A stretch of DNA of 64,000 bases from Squalus acanthias (GCA_030390025.1 CM059431.1:110610001-110674000); one strand, 5' to 3'. Shown: positions 1 to 13,111, numbered from the stretch's first letter. Program-made: numbers and translations. The notes: a model not told the origin generated them from the sequence alone.

Positions 1-400
1 TCAGATCTCACGTGCCTCTTTCATACTGGCAGTTCGCCTCCTGCTGAATAGAAAATCCATCGCTTCTCGTATAAAACATGTTCGGAAACTGAAATGTGGC
101 GGACGTGGTTAATTTGTCTCGTGTGGCGCAATTTGCAGCATTTTGTTTTTTGATTTAAGTAGTATCTGGTTGTCTGCAGGGAGCAAGAAGGGCTTGCACA
201 CAAACGTGATGAAATTCAACATTTTATTCAACAAAGTAAATAAAATAAAAACATAATTTTTTTTGCAGGTCAGTCGAAAAAATATGGTTGCGTTACTGGT
301 GGTCAATGCATAAGAAGGCAGGTCTGAACAGCAAGAATTAGTGTTGGACACGGAATCTGTGAAAGGAAGCTCGATAGAGACAGCCTCAGAGGTGATTGGT

Positions 401-639
401 ATAAGAACATAAGAAATAGGAGCAGGAGTAGGCCATTTGGCCCTTCAAGCCTGCTCCGCCATTCAATGAGATCATGGCTGATCTTCTGCCTCAACTCCAT
501 TTACTGGCCATATCCCTTGATGCCCTTACTAGTCAGAAATCTATCGACTTCTGTTTTGAATATACCCAATGACTGAGCCTCCACAGCCGTCTGGGGTAGA
601 GAATTCCAAAGATTCACCACCCTGTGTGTGAAGAAATTT
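401..639 (-). mobile_element. CR1 (HER1-like) LINE 3' fragment
   Basis: (ATAAGAAC)n tail plus the conserved 3' motif shared with 33464-33564. Confidence 0.85.
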
Positions 640-1554
640 CAGCCACCGCGATATTGGGGATTGCTGCCTTCGTTCCACCAGACTGAACAGAGGAAGGCAC
701 CAAGTAGCTCTAATCGGCTTTATCCATGAACTGCACGGAGCAGGGTGCCTGTTTTTCCACCGACATAGTCAACAGTTTGGTTCAATAGTTATTCTGCGTG
801 GGCGATTAAGCCAAGCTGTGACGCATACAGGACACAAACTGATGTCACTGTATAGTTTCTTTTTATATTTTAAATAAGCTTGCATAATAACAACAATGGC
901 ATTTCCAGTGCCTTGAATTCTGTGATTACTCCCTGTTTCCACCTGCTCTGGATGTGAGGTGGACGGTTTCAAACTTAATGTCTGCCCCTCACCCCCCCAA
1001 CACCCTGCCATGGTTTGTTCCCCTTTCCTTTCTTGCAAATTGTCATTTTCGTAACAGCCTCTCCCAAAGTCGCTCTATAGAGCTCCCTGCCCTCAAGAAG
1101 CCTGGTGGCTCTTCATTGTTTTGGGGATAATGTTGGTCCCAGAGATTGCTTGGACTGCAACCCCCTTTCTCCATCGAGCTTTTGGAGATTGCTTCTTCAG
1201 AAATCATGATGGGTTCACCCCCAGAAGAGCCATCAGTTGGCATTGATGACGATGAACCATCTGTGGAGATATAATTGTAGAAATAATCATGTATTTTAAA
1301 AGTCGTCTGCATACCTGCATCATAAAGACAACTGCATTAGATTTGAAGCTATTTATTTTAATTTTTAGCATGCAGATAAGAGAGGTCTATGAAGATTAGG
1401 GATCATTATAAGATCTCTACATAAAGTTATGCTTGTCAATTTATGGTACATTACATGTGTTTGGTATCCGTATGTAGTGAATGACATCAGTGAATCAACA
1501 TACCAGTATCAAAGGCATCTGTTGATTGGGTCTCCTCTTCTCTCAGAGAATGCC

Positions 1555-1776
1555 TTTAACCTCCCTTTTTAAGGTTCTGCCACCTCTTTTGCACTCTTCT
1601 GTATCCCTGGAATGAATGCGTTGACCTTTTTTGGCTGCTTCAACCATGATACTTCAATGTCATGATGCTAGCGGATCTTTCGTGGAAAGCTCTATAAAGG
1701 TCCTGCTGTATTTCTCGCAGTTCTTTTTGCCAACGCTTTGTCTTGGTTTCCCGAAAAGTTTATTTTCACTTGCCAT
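1555..1776 (-). pseudogene. Decayed Myb/SANT-like ORF, probably from a PIF/Harbinger transposon
   Basis: Frameshifted pieces KINFSGNQDKAL...SWLKQPKKVNA...RDTEECK(K)RWQNLK follow the NFS...W...VN...R...CKK.W..LK Myb/SANT-like pattern. Confidence 0.5.
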
Positions 1777-2921
1777 TTTGAAGGTTTATCACAGCAGCAG
1801 ATAAGCCAAAAGTGAAATGGTTCATTTCCAGTCATAAAGATGGCAAATAGGCATCATGTTATTTAACCTTCTCCGTGGACTCAAATAACCATTGTCTGTG
1901 CATTGCCACGTGTAATTGCAGATGACATTTTTATGCATTAGCGATAAACATAAATGACTTTACTACATATCGCACAGGACGATTCACCCAAATTATTGTT
2001 TGCTTCCTGCTCAATCCAACAATTAACGCAGCCTCTCTCTTAGGGAGGTTCCCACATTTGCTGTTGTGTGTGGGAGGAAGATATTATAACTACCAGATAA
2101 ATCCATAACCATAAACCCCAAAATGTCAATTGTTGCTAATTCTACGAGTTAAACGTTGAACGATGCTAGCAATCATAAAACAGTTCATTGTCGGCGCACA
2201 TCTCTCACAAACTTCTTTGCTAATGTGCAACCCTGGCTACCCCTCCTTGCAACAGCGTAACCACAAAGTCGCAGTAACCGACACCACGGGAGGTCCACCA
2301 GTATTATTTTACAACTTGAACAGTCACGGGATATTGTAGCTTCAAATCAGCAAAATAAAATGCTGAATGGTGCAGCGAGCAGTTTACAAAGACTGACTGG
2401 TTAGACAGGCAGTCCGGTGAGGGCGTGCTTGGTGTTCTTGGAGGGGTAGGGTATATGTTTACCACAAAAATGCCCTCCTTCCTCCCTAGGGTGAAACTTT
2501 GCCCATTTGGAGAGGCAGCAAGCAAGCATAATGAGATGCTTACCTACTGGGGCTGGGGGAGCGGAGGGGATAGGGATGGTTGGAAAACAAGAGACAAAAA
2601 TTATACCCCTCCTTTTGAACTATGCGTAGATCAATTGCCTAACAGCTTAGTCAGGGAATAGTGCATACATGCAGGCAACCTATAGAGGGAAACACAATAT
2701 AAATTAAAAGGATGGAGAATGAAGACAAATTTGTATGCACATATATCTGGTAAAGCAAGTAAAGAGCTGTTCTATGGCTTTACTCAATATTCAAATGCCT
2801 TCAACTGGAAGGTTGGCTGAAAGCTTATTTGCATTGGACCTTGCCAGGATTTCCGATTACACTAGTATAGTATTTCTAGTGCTAATTGTGCCCAACAGGT
2901 GTGTTATTTCCGTTCGCTTAC

Positions 2922-3462
2922 CTTTCATTTGACTCCTACCATCCTCTAGCATTGGGAGTACAATGGTAGAGTTGAGGTTCCTCTGTGACCTCACGGCAGT
3001 GTAGACCATGGGAAGGGACTGTACAACCACTGGAATGCGATGCACATGACTCAGTTTGTTGGACTGAAAGTTCATAGGATTTGAAGGTGGCACTGGGTGG
3101 ATTATGTGCAAGTACTGCTGGCCCCCAACACCCGGTGAAGATGCCACAATGGAGCCTGGTGCTAATACTGTTGACATTCCTGTTGATGAAGACACTGAGG
3201 TTATCACAGTTGGGGATGAGGTCAATCGTGGAGAGCAAGAGGACATTGAAGAGACTGAGGTTGTTGTCACTGAGCTGGGTGAGGACTGTGATGATGATAC
3301 TGCTGTTGGTGATGTCCGGGCTTTGTTAATGGACAGGTCCACTGGCTCAGTTTGTGTTTGATATTGATCAGTGGATAACAAGTCCTCTGGAGGCTCTGCT
3401 TTCACATTGTTAAGCAAAATAGGTACAGCTTCCATATCTGAAAAGTTAGGGGCTCGTGGAGA
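2922..3462 (-). CDS. KLF12: KLF12 internal coding exon (large exon, equivalent to human exon 4; repression domain)
   Basis: Translates SPRAPNFSDMEAVPILLNNVKAEPPED...TEPVDLSINKARTSPTAVSSS...HIIHPVPPSNPMNFQSNKLSHVHRIPVVVQS...EDGRSQMK, closely matching human KLF12 as recalled. Acceptor tttaacAG at 3464-3463, donor G|GTAAGC at 2921. Length 541 nt, phase 0 in, phase 1 out. PVDLS at 3345-3331. Confidence 0.95.
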
Positions 3463-4957
3463 CTGTTAAAATAAAACAGAAATAAGAATCACTGAGTACT
3501 TTTAAATATAAGAAAAGTACAGAAATAAGAATCACTTAGTGTAAGTTATTAAAGAAATATATCTGAAAGATCAAGTACATAGACAATTTGACAAATAACT
3601 TGATTACAGCTGTATTGATTAAAATATATGACCAACCAGGAAAATAAACGTTGCTTTTCATTTTAAACCATCTTTAAGCTAGAACGTTAACAAGGCTAAT
3701 AAAATCCCCAACATTGTGCTAGAGCACAGAAGTCAAGTTAGACTGAGGTTTGTAGAAATGTTGGGAAAGAAGAGTTAAGTTATTAAAATAAGTTCATTTC
3801 ATTTTGAAAATTCATCGCTTTATATTGTGTCAATTATTCTCTCCCACAGAGTCTGGTTCCTGGTGGCCATGTGAAGTGCCTGGCCCCCTTTTGAATAAAA
3901 AAAATATAAAAAATATAAATTGAAGCAAAAATTCTCCGGCTGTGAAGGTTGGGTGCTCCTTTATGGTTGAGGGACATTTGTGCATTGGCCAGAATTTTGG
4001 CCAATGAATACCCCTGCTTTGGGACATCCAAATGGCAAAACAAGAACAATAAATGCTCAATGCTTACCTCCAATCAGTTCCCAGGAACTAAAGTCAGTAA
4101 ACTCCTCATTAACAGGGTTTCACTAGGTGATTTAGGAATTAATCCGTGGTTGAACATATGTCCCTTTTAATCAAATATTCCCATCACCAAGGTCTCCATC
4201 ATCTAACCTGTACTAACAAAAAAGTAACGAGGCAGTAACTTTACAGTATGACCTGTTACTTATCCTAGTAGCTGAACATATAAGAAGGGAAGGTTTTTTT
4301 GGCATTCTGCCATCGGACCCTGGAAGAAAAAAAAAAATTGAAAAAAAGATGTTCACGTGCGTAACATGCACGGTGCCTTTAATTCGATCTTCCTAAGTTT
4401 ATGCTTGAGCTTCTGCCATACATTCACGATTGAACTGTGGTTTTCTGGTTGTTGGGCTGATAATTCAGGACAAATTCCGAAGGAAAAAAGCATTCAACGG
4501 GAACCGTCCTAGAACATCTCTTGTATGTTGTTACCACAGATCTTTTCAGGTACAAACATTTGTCATATGAAACTGCAATACGTAACTAGAAGAAAGATAA
4601 GGCCCTGAAATCAAACTGGGGCATACTCGCACATGAACACAATGCATTGATCTGAAATCACTTTCTCTCATATTTCAACGGAGATGTTGGGTCAATACCT
4701 CTGCCAAATAGCGGAGAGAGGAATTTCAGACAAATGAGCATTCATATGCTTATTCCTCATGGTGTAATTTTAGACCCGAACTGACTCTTACCAGCACTGA
4801 TGTTTTAAAAAGAAACAACAAACAGAATTATGATGATCATGATCCAAAAGAATGATGATCAATTGCTTTTTTAAAAATTCTGTCCATTACAACCATTTGT
4901 TTGCGAATCTGATGATGTCTTTAACTTTTTGAATGCCATGCACAAATGAATATCATG

Positions 4958-7931
4958 TCCGAGGCCAGGACCCAGGAGCGAGGACGAGCCCAGCAGCGAG
5001 GTCAAGGCCCAGGAGTGGCGCAGCATGGACCAGCAGCGGGGTCGGGGCCCAGGGAAGGTGCGGCACGGGCCAACAGCGAGGTCGGGAGGACCACAATGCA
5101 TCCTACGAAACCCAGGCAGAGAGGACCTGCGGGAAGGAGGGAGGAGGACAGTAGCATTATGTTCGTGTGTGTGTGCTAGGCCGTTGTAGCAGAGCCTGGT
5201 CTCCATCATCTTGGATCCCCTCGCCATTGGACCAAGACCTTGCTCTGTCAAGCCCGTGTGATAGCTGGTGTGCAACGGCCACCCCACATTAAAAGAATTC
5301 ACGCACCGGCATCTTCCACCCTTTAAAATGAAGTTTGTGACCTGGAACATCAGGACCCTCATGGACAACCCCAACAGCGGCAGACCGGAACGCTGTACTG
5401 CTATTGCCCGGGAGCTCAGACATTTCGACATTGACATCGGTGCCCTAAGTGAGACCCGGCGGGCAGGGGAAGGTCAGCTGAAGGAGCAAGGTGGTGGAAA
5501 CAATGCCACAGGAAAATCAATGCTGGAGCACTCAAAGACCCCGCTAAGAAAGCCCTATTCAGCCTGCGCCTCACAAACAACCTGACGACTCCCAGTGATG
5601 CAGAGACACAGAGTGCCCACAGTGCCTGGTCTGCACTCAAGGCCTCCATAATCAGCACCTGTGAAGAGACGCTCGGTCACTCGACCAGGAAACACCAAGA
5701 CTGGTTCGACGAGAACGACCAGGAGATCCAGGAGCTAATAAGCCGCAAGCGCAAGGCATTCCTGATCTGGAAACAGTAACAGAACTCGAGAGCAAGAAAG
5801 CAGCTCTACAGACGCCTGAAGGCCGAGGTCCAACAAAAAACACCCGACCTAAAGAACAGATGGTGGGTGGAGAAAGCGCAGGAGATCCAGCAGCTAGCCG
5901 ACAACCACGACGTGCGTGGATTCTTTAGCACAGTCAAGACCATCTACGGCCCAAGCACCCAAGGCCCTACCCCACTGCGGGCCAAGAACGGAGAGGTACT
6001 CATCAAGGACAAAGAGGCAGTCAGTGCCCGCTGGAAGGAGCACTTCGAAGATCTCCTTAACCGAGACTCTGTCTTCGACACGAGTGTCCTCAACTCCATC
6101 CCGCAGCATGCTACCCGCCACCATCTCAGCACAACCCCAGCCCGGCATGAGATTGAAAAGGCCATCTGACAACTGAAGAACAACAAGGCCTCAGGAGGAG
6201 ATGGAATCCCCGCCGTGGCACTAAAGCATGGCGGAGAAGCACTACTGGTGCGAATTCATGAACTAATTTCTCTTATCTGGAAGGAGGAGAGCATGCCAGG
6301 GGATCTCAGAGACGTCGTAATTGTGACCATCTTCAAGAAAGGTGACAAGTCCGATTGCGGTAATTACAGAGGAGTTTCCCTGCTGTCCGCCACAGGGAAA
6401 GTCATCGCAAGAATCCTCCTCAATCGCCTCTCCCAGTGGCCGAAGAACTCCTCCCAGAGTCGCAATGCGGATTCCGCCCACTAAGGGGCACAATGGACAT
6501 GATCTTCACCATGCGCCAATTACAAGAGAAATGCAGGGAACAGCACCAACCGCTGTACATGGCCTTCTTTGATCTCACAAAGGCCTTCGACACTGTCAAC
6601 CATGAGGGATTATGGAGTGTCCTCCTCAAATTCAGCTGCCCTCAAAAGTTTGTCACCATCCTCCGCCTGCTTCACAACGACATGCAAGCCGTGATCCTGA
6701 CCAACGGTTCCACCACAGACCCAATTCACGTACGAACCAGGGTCAAGCAAGGCTGTGTCATCGCACCAACGCTCTTCTCGATCTTCCTTGCGGCAATGCT
6801 CCATCTCACCCTCAGTAAGCTCCCCACTGGAGTGGAGCTAATTTACAGAACAAACGGGAAACTGTTAAACCTCCGTCGCCTCCAGTCCAGATCCAAGGTC
6901 GTCCCATCCTCTGTCGTCGAATTACAGTATGCAGATGACGCTTGCGTCTGCGCTCACTCGGAGGTCGAACTCCAAACCATCGGCAACACCTTCACCGAAG
7001 CGTACGAGAGCATGGGCCTTACACTAAACATCCATAAGACAAAGGTCCTCTACCAACCTGCCCGCCACACAGTACTGCCCCCCGATTATCAAAATCCACG
7101 ATAAGGCCTTGGACAACGTGAACCACTTTCCATACCTCGGGAGCCTACGGTCAACAAGGGCAGACATCGAAGATGAAGTCCAACACCGCCTTCAGTGTGC
7201 CAGTGCAGCCTTCGGTCGCCTGAGGAAGAGAGTGTTTGAAGACCAGGACCTCAAACCCGGCACTAAGATCATGGTCTACAGAGCAGCAGTGATACCCGCC
7301 CTGCTGTATGCCTCAGAGACATAGACCATGTACAGCAGGCACCTCAAAGCACTAGAGAGGTACCACCAACGCTGCCTCCGCAAGATCCTGCAAATCCATT
7401 GGCAGGATAGGCGCACCAATGTCAGTGTTCTCGCTCAGGCCAACATCCCCAGCATCAAAGCTTTGACCACGCTCGATCAGCTCCGATGGATGGGTCACAT
7501 TGTCCGCATGCCCGATACGAGACTCCCAAAACAAGCACTCTACTCGGAGCTCCGGCACGGCAAGAGAGTCCCAGGTGGGCAGAGGAAACGCTTCAAGGAC
7601 ACCCTCAAAGCCTGCTTGAAAAAGTGCAACATCCCCACCGACACCTGGGAATCCCTGGCCCAAGACCGCACAAAGTGGAGGAGAAGCATCCGGGAAAGCG
7701 CTGAACACCTTGAGTCGCTTCGCCGGGAGCAAGCGGAAGCCAAGCGTAAGGAGCGCAAGGAGCACACGTCAGCCCAAGCACCCCACCCACCCGCCCCTTC
7801 AACCACCGTCTGCCCCACCTGTGACAGAGACTGTAGGTCCCGCATTGGACTCATCAGTCACCTGAGAACTCATTTTTAATGTGGAAGCAAGTCATCCTCG
7901 GTTCCGAGGGACTGCCTAAGAAGAAGAAGGA
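4958..7931 (+). mobile_element. RTE-clade non-LTR retrotransposon, near full length with an internal deletion, inactive
   Basis: APE endonuclease start MKFVTWNIRTL...ALSETR (5328). RT motifs QCGFRP, FFDLTKAFDTV, KQGCVIAP, LQYADD. C-terminal CPTCDRDCRSRIGLISHLRTH. (GAA)n tail. Candidate TSD GAATATCmTG at 4948-4957 and 7932-7941. Several stops and frameshifts. Confidence 0.92.
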
Positions 7932-8065
7932 GAATATCCTGGGCTCCAGAGAGCCTTGGGCATTGACAGCAAACATTCTCGGTTTGACTTGGTGGAAAAG
8001 TTACATTAAAGATCGACAGGGTTTGTATCCATGATCTACCTTTAGGCCTTTGCCATTTGACTTAA

Positions 8066-8090
8066 TGGGGGGGGGGGGGGGGGGGGGGGG
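8066..8090. repeat. poly-G run (~25 nt)
   Basis: Directly visible. Confidence 0.9.
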
Positions 8091-8481
8091 AAAGCCTTTA
8101 CAGCAAGTGATTAACTAAACTGCAAACTTTGTAAAGTTGTCATCACTTCCAAACAGATGGCAGAAACATTTACGACTAAAATTGAATCATCCTTGAATTT
8201 ATTAATTATGTGGTTTTCATAATCCAGTTCTTTAACAGTCAGCCTCAGTAATTCCTTCAAGTCAATCCACTAAATGATGTCACTGTTCAAATAAAAAATA
8301 TTTTATTTAACTCATGAAAGTATTCTTAAAGTTCTACATGGCTGGCATAAAAAGAATGTTCAGATTCATCATCGTTCTTGGTAGTTGATTTTTAAAAGCA
8401 GATTCACTGAGTTTTTAAGTACTGTGTAGGTGTTTGAATCCTACCTGCTTAAATATTTGTATCTTCACAAATTATTGGTTG

Positions 8482-8901
8482 GAACATAAGAAGTAAGAAC
8501 AGGAGTCGGCCATACGGCCCCTCGAGCCTGCTCCGCCATTCAATAAGATCATGGCTGATCATAGACCTCAACTCCACTTTCCCACCCGATCTCCATATCC
8601 CTTGATTCCCCTAGAGTCCAAAAATCTATCTATCTCAGCCTTGAATATACTCAAAGACTCAGCATTCACAGCCCTCTGGGGTAGAGAATTCCAAAGATTC
8701 ACCACCCTCTGAGTGAAGAAATCCTCCTCATCTCAGTCTGAAATGGCTGACCCCTTATCCTGAGACTATGCCCCCTAGTTCTAGACTCTCCAGCCAGGGG
8801 AAACAACCTCTCAGCATCTACCCTGTCAATCCCCTTCAGAATCTTGTATGTTTCAATGAGATCACCTCTCATTCTTCTAAACTCCAGAGAGTATAGGCCC
8901 A
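8482..8901 (-). mobile_element. CR1 LINE 3' fragment
   Basis: LYSLEFRRMRGDLIETYKI...TRGHSL ORF2 C-terminus plus tail. Confidence 0.9.
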
Positions 8902-9319
8902 TTTTACACAATAGAATTCTGAACTTTTGATAGCACTTTTCCCAATTCAGCTGCCTCAGTGCAACCTATGCTTTCAACATGAGAAATATTTCTCGGACCA
9001 TGGTCGATTGGTTGTTTTATTTTTATTGACTCCAAGGATGTACAGAAAATCTTGAAAACTAAAAAGTTATAACCTGCCCAGTTTAAGTGCTCCTCTTCAC
9101 CCACAGGGAGCCGTCACCGTGTTAACCAGTTGAACCGGAAAGTACAGCCACGGGAGTCAGAGGGGGCCCAGGCTCAGTTCCTGGGTCTGTGCTGAGTTAG
9201 TTAGTCTCTGGCCAGGGCAGCAGTAGGGGGCACTATAATGGGTGTCATTGTTCCCAAGTTAATGAGGAGAAAATCATCCAGGAAAGTTCCTGGGATCTCC
9301 TACACATTTATGAGCAAAC

Positions 9320-9570
9320 AAGTGGGTACACATTACTCTAAGTGTAGTCTAACCAAGGTTCTATAGAAGTTTAATATAACTTCCCTGCTTTTCAATTCTA
9401 TTCCTCTAGAAATGAACCCGAGTGCTTTGTTTGCATTTTTTATAGCCTTATTAAGTTACATTGCTCCTGTTAATGACTTGTGAATGTGTATCCCTTTGCT
9501 CCTCTACCCCATTTAAACTCTTACTTTCCAAGGAGTATGTGGCCTCCTTATTCCTCCTACCAAAATGCAG
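9320..9570 (-). mobile_element. Old CR1 ORF2 internal fragment
   Basis: Degenerate similarity to 34160-34420. Confidence 0.6.
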
Positions 9571-10689
9571 TTATTTGTTCTTTGCCATTTTTTCTTTTGA
9601 TCTTTAACTTTCTCTTGTGTCTTCTGTCCTTTACCTGTGCTCCATTTACTACTAGCTGTTTTGAGCCAAGTTAGGCATGTATGTCACATAAGTGATGAGG
9701 GGTTTTAATTTACAAGGTGACGGCTTACGTGCTCACCTAAAGGATTTGGTGTGCGGTGAAAGCTTGAATCACAAGCTGCTACGTCTTCAGCTCATAGACA
9801 ATGTGGGTTTATGGCCATCAGTTAGACCCACAAATCCAGAAGAATTCAATTCAAAAAATCTCAAGAAGACAGGCAGTTAGAAAGATGGTGTAGGAGGCTA
9901 TAGTGAGTGAGAAAGAAGGGAAAGTTTGCTAAATATCGGATAAGAAGAAAAAGTTAGAAATTGACAGGAATCAACTTAGTCAAAATTAGTGAAAAAAGTA
10001 GAAATTCAGTGAGCTAGTGGAAAAGAACAAAAAGCAGAGGCAGAGAATCAACAGAGAGACCAGTCAAATCTCTACTGAAGCAGCAGATAGCGAGATAAGT
10101 GGGAAATCAGCTTAAAAGAAAACGCACAACCACAAGTGAGAAAGTATCTTAAGCAGCAAGTAATAAGAAACCTTGAGGGGATTAAAAAAAAAAGTTTACA
10201 CTAGTAAATTATGAATCCCACACTCCAACAGAGACTTGCGCTTAAAGGGAACGCCAGTTGGAGAATGGCTTTAGTGTTGTAGCCCTATTTCTGGCTCTTT
10301 GCTGAGAGTGCTGGGATGGTGCAGTTACGCTATAAAGTAATAATAAACAATGAAGTTAAAAGAAATGTAAATGAACAGCGGGCAGTGGAAACACTGACAA
10401 ATCACTAATGTTGGATTAATGTTTAAGGAGAGCAGGAGAGACAGATGGTGAAGACAGGAGTTGTGGAAACGGTGTGGCAAAATTGGAGAGCTGCATGGAA
10501 AGTGAACAAGAGATAGCAGCACAAGCAAATGACAAAAGACAAGCAAAGCAGGAAGAATGAGGCAGGGAATAAAGGCAATCCAAGAGCAATTAAGACAATT
10601 TCTAATTACATTAATATTACACTAAGATTGTGAAACTATTAATTGTTCATCAAGGTGATGGATGTCAGCACTAGAAATTGGAATACTTT

Positions 10690-10820
10690 TCCATTTCAGG
10701 CACCCAGTTCAAACATTGAGCACTTTCAGGTCAGGAACAGTAGATTAGATGCAGACTAAAATTTCTTCTACTCTGCCTCAACAACATGCTCCATCCCAAA
10801 CCTAGAACACTCCTCAGCGT
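10690..10820 (-). mobile_element. LF-SINE-like relic, 3' part
   Basis: Reverse complement resembles 42300-42400 and 22870-22965. Confidence 0.35.
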
Positions 10821-11079
10821 TTTCCATTTCTCTTATAGGACATCCTTGTAACTTGATACCATCAATTCGTGACGAATGAGGAACAGATTTATGCTGCCAG
10901 CCCACACCCACAAAAACTGGGACAAGGCTATCCAAATTCATTTCATACGACAGCCTTGCAGCAAGCAGACCTAATGATAATAGCATCGCAAACGTGGTGT
11001 TTGAGGGAGATACGTAATTTGTAAACCTGAGTAGGCAAATAAGTTCAACAGGAGGCATTGTGCAGCGCGAGTTATTAAT

Positions 11080-11698
11080 GGGCCAAAAATTGCGGTCGGA
11101 GACGCACCTGCAGAGTACGCTGCCGACCCGCGAAAGGAATGCGCACCCACCCGACGGCAGCGAGGCTGCGAAACCCTGCGGTCTGAGGCAGCGGAATGGC
11201 CCACGGATCCCAGGGACGCAGGCGGTGCAGAAGCGTACCTGGGATCACGTGGGCCTGTTCCTCCAATTACAAAGCAGAATTCCATTTTAATCATTTCCGA
11301 TGGGAATCCCCTAATGATATGTAACGGAATCCCGAAATCTGATCGAATTACAATTTACAGAATTGGAATTTTATTCGTAAGTAGCTTCATTCTACCAACC
11401 TCACCAAAAATTTATTTTTTTGATAATTTTAGACATCATTAATACTGTAATCTGAGCCAATATTTTCAGAAATTCATTTGATACAGTGTATGTGCATAAT
11501 TTACGATATGAAAATGTTTAATTAATGCCTGAAAAATCTCCTTACGCTGATGCAAACAGGCCCTGCCCCTGTTTGCATCAACCGTAGCATTTCCGTGCCC
11601 AATTGCTGGCCAGTTGGTGGACAAATAGCCCAACCGCATGCGAAAATCCCGAACTTGCAGTGGATTTGAAAGGAAGTAGGGTGGCGTAAATCCGGGCC
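11080..11698. mobile_element. Non-autonomous TIR DNA transposon (Harbinger-like)
   Basis: Imperfect TIRs GGGCCAAAAATTGCG / CGTAAATCCGGGCC; AAT on both flanks. Confidence 0.55.
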
Positions 11699-11780
11699 AA
11701 TGTATTTCAGGAAAAAGTAATGAACTAATAGCTGTTACAGCTAATATAGGGTTATTATGTATTATTAATGTTCATAACTT

Positions 11781-12235
11781 GTCAGCCGTGGCTCAGTTGA
11801 TAGCACTCTCGCCTCCGAGTCAGAAGTTTGTTGGTTCGAGTCTCGCTTCAGAGACTTGAGCACAAAAATCTAGGCTCACGCTCCAGTGCAGTGCTTAGGG
11901 AGTGCTGCACTGTCAGAGGTGCTGTCTTTCGGATGAAACATTAAACTGCTCTCTCGGGTGGACCCAAAAGATCCCGTGGTACTATATCAAAGAAGAGCAG
12001 AGGAGTTCTCCCCAGTGTCCTGGCCAATATTTATCCCTCAATCAATATCACTAAAATAGATTATCTGGTCATTATCACATTGCTGTTTGTGGGAGCTTGC
12101 TGTGCGCAAATTGGCTGCCGTGTTTCCTACCTTACAACAGTGACTACACGCCAAAAGTACTTCATTGTAAAGCGCTTTGGGACATCCTGAGGTTGTGAAA
12201 GGCGCTATATAAATGCAAGTCTTTCTTTCTTTTCT
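11781..12235 (+). mobile_element. SacSINE1-like DeuSINE
   Basis: tRNA-like head (TGGCTCAGTTG...GGTTCGAGTC), Deu-type core, L2-like tail ending (TCTT)n; about 9 copies in the window. Confidence 0.85.
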
Positions 12236-12579
12236 TGGGTGGCAGGAACAATAGGCTCAGCAGTCAAAAAATTAAACTGGATTTAATTCCTTTGTTGACC
12301 CCCCTTCTCTTGTTGAATAATACCTAAATATCTATCTATTTGTTAGCTGCTCTTTTTGTTATTTAGCTCTCAAACTGTTTTGTTGTTACTTTTACATACT
12401 GGCTCTTCTTGTGGGCCAGGTTTCAGCCTTATTTCCATTGCCAGCACCTGAGGCAAATAGGTGCTTTTGTGCTGTTTGAGGCATAGTTTGTCCATATCTC
12501 TTGGCAACAGTGAAATCACTGTCTAACCTATAGTGCTCTTTAAGAGTTTCCGCTGCTAAGGGGTATGGGTGAACTGCCT

Positions 12580-13003
12580 CTGTCAGCTTGGCTCACAGTT
12601 GTCTCAGAGTAAAAAGGTCACAAGTTCAAGTGCCACTTCCGGACTCGAGCACATAATCTAGGCTGACACATTGGCAGTGCCATGTTTTAGATGTGACGTT
12701 AAACGGAGACCTCGTTTGCCTTTTCAGGTGGACATAAAAGATACCAAGGCTCCACTCAAACCAAAACTGTAGAATTCTTTTGCTGTCTTGGCCAACATTT
12801 ATCTCTCAACCAACACTTTCAAAACAGATTAGCTGATCATTTATCAGCACTGTTGTTTGTGGGACATTGCTATGCACAAATTGGCTGCTAAATTTGCCTA
12901 TGTAAAAAACAATGACTACACTTCAAAAGCAATCCCTTGGCTGTGAAGTACTTAGTGATGCCCTGAGGACATGAAAAGGTATACAATTGCAAGTTTGTTG
13001 TTT
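12580..13003 (+). mobile_element. Degenerate DeuSINE copy
   Basis: Collinear, diverged match to 11781-12235. Confidence 0.75.
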
Positions 13004-13111
13004 CTGAAACTTGATGTGACGTCTCTCCTTGAAAATTGACAGTTAACAAAAAGCACACCTTAAAAAGCTGCACATTTCTGTGATTTTGTTCAGAGTGTCT
13101 AAGGACACCAT

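Noticed and set aside
2857..2921. ORF tail GKRTEITHLLGTISTRNTILV*
   Set aside because: Read-through past the GT donor into the intron; KLF12 similarity stops at the donor.
1..2921. Next canonical KLF12 exon or zinc fingers
   Set aside because: No matching translation seen; presumably outside the window.
2936..3361. Overlapping ORFs in other frames and on the opposite strand
   Set aside because: Shadows of the Ser/Thr-rich KLF12 exon.
8066..8090. Functional G-quadruplex
   Set aside because: Poly-G/C runs are frequent across the window; nothing singles this one out and homopolymer length may be unreliable.
11781..11860. tRNA gene (A/B boxes)
   Set aside because: Head of a multi-copy SINE; no complete cloverleaf.
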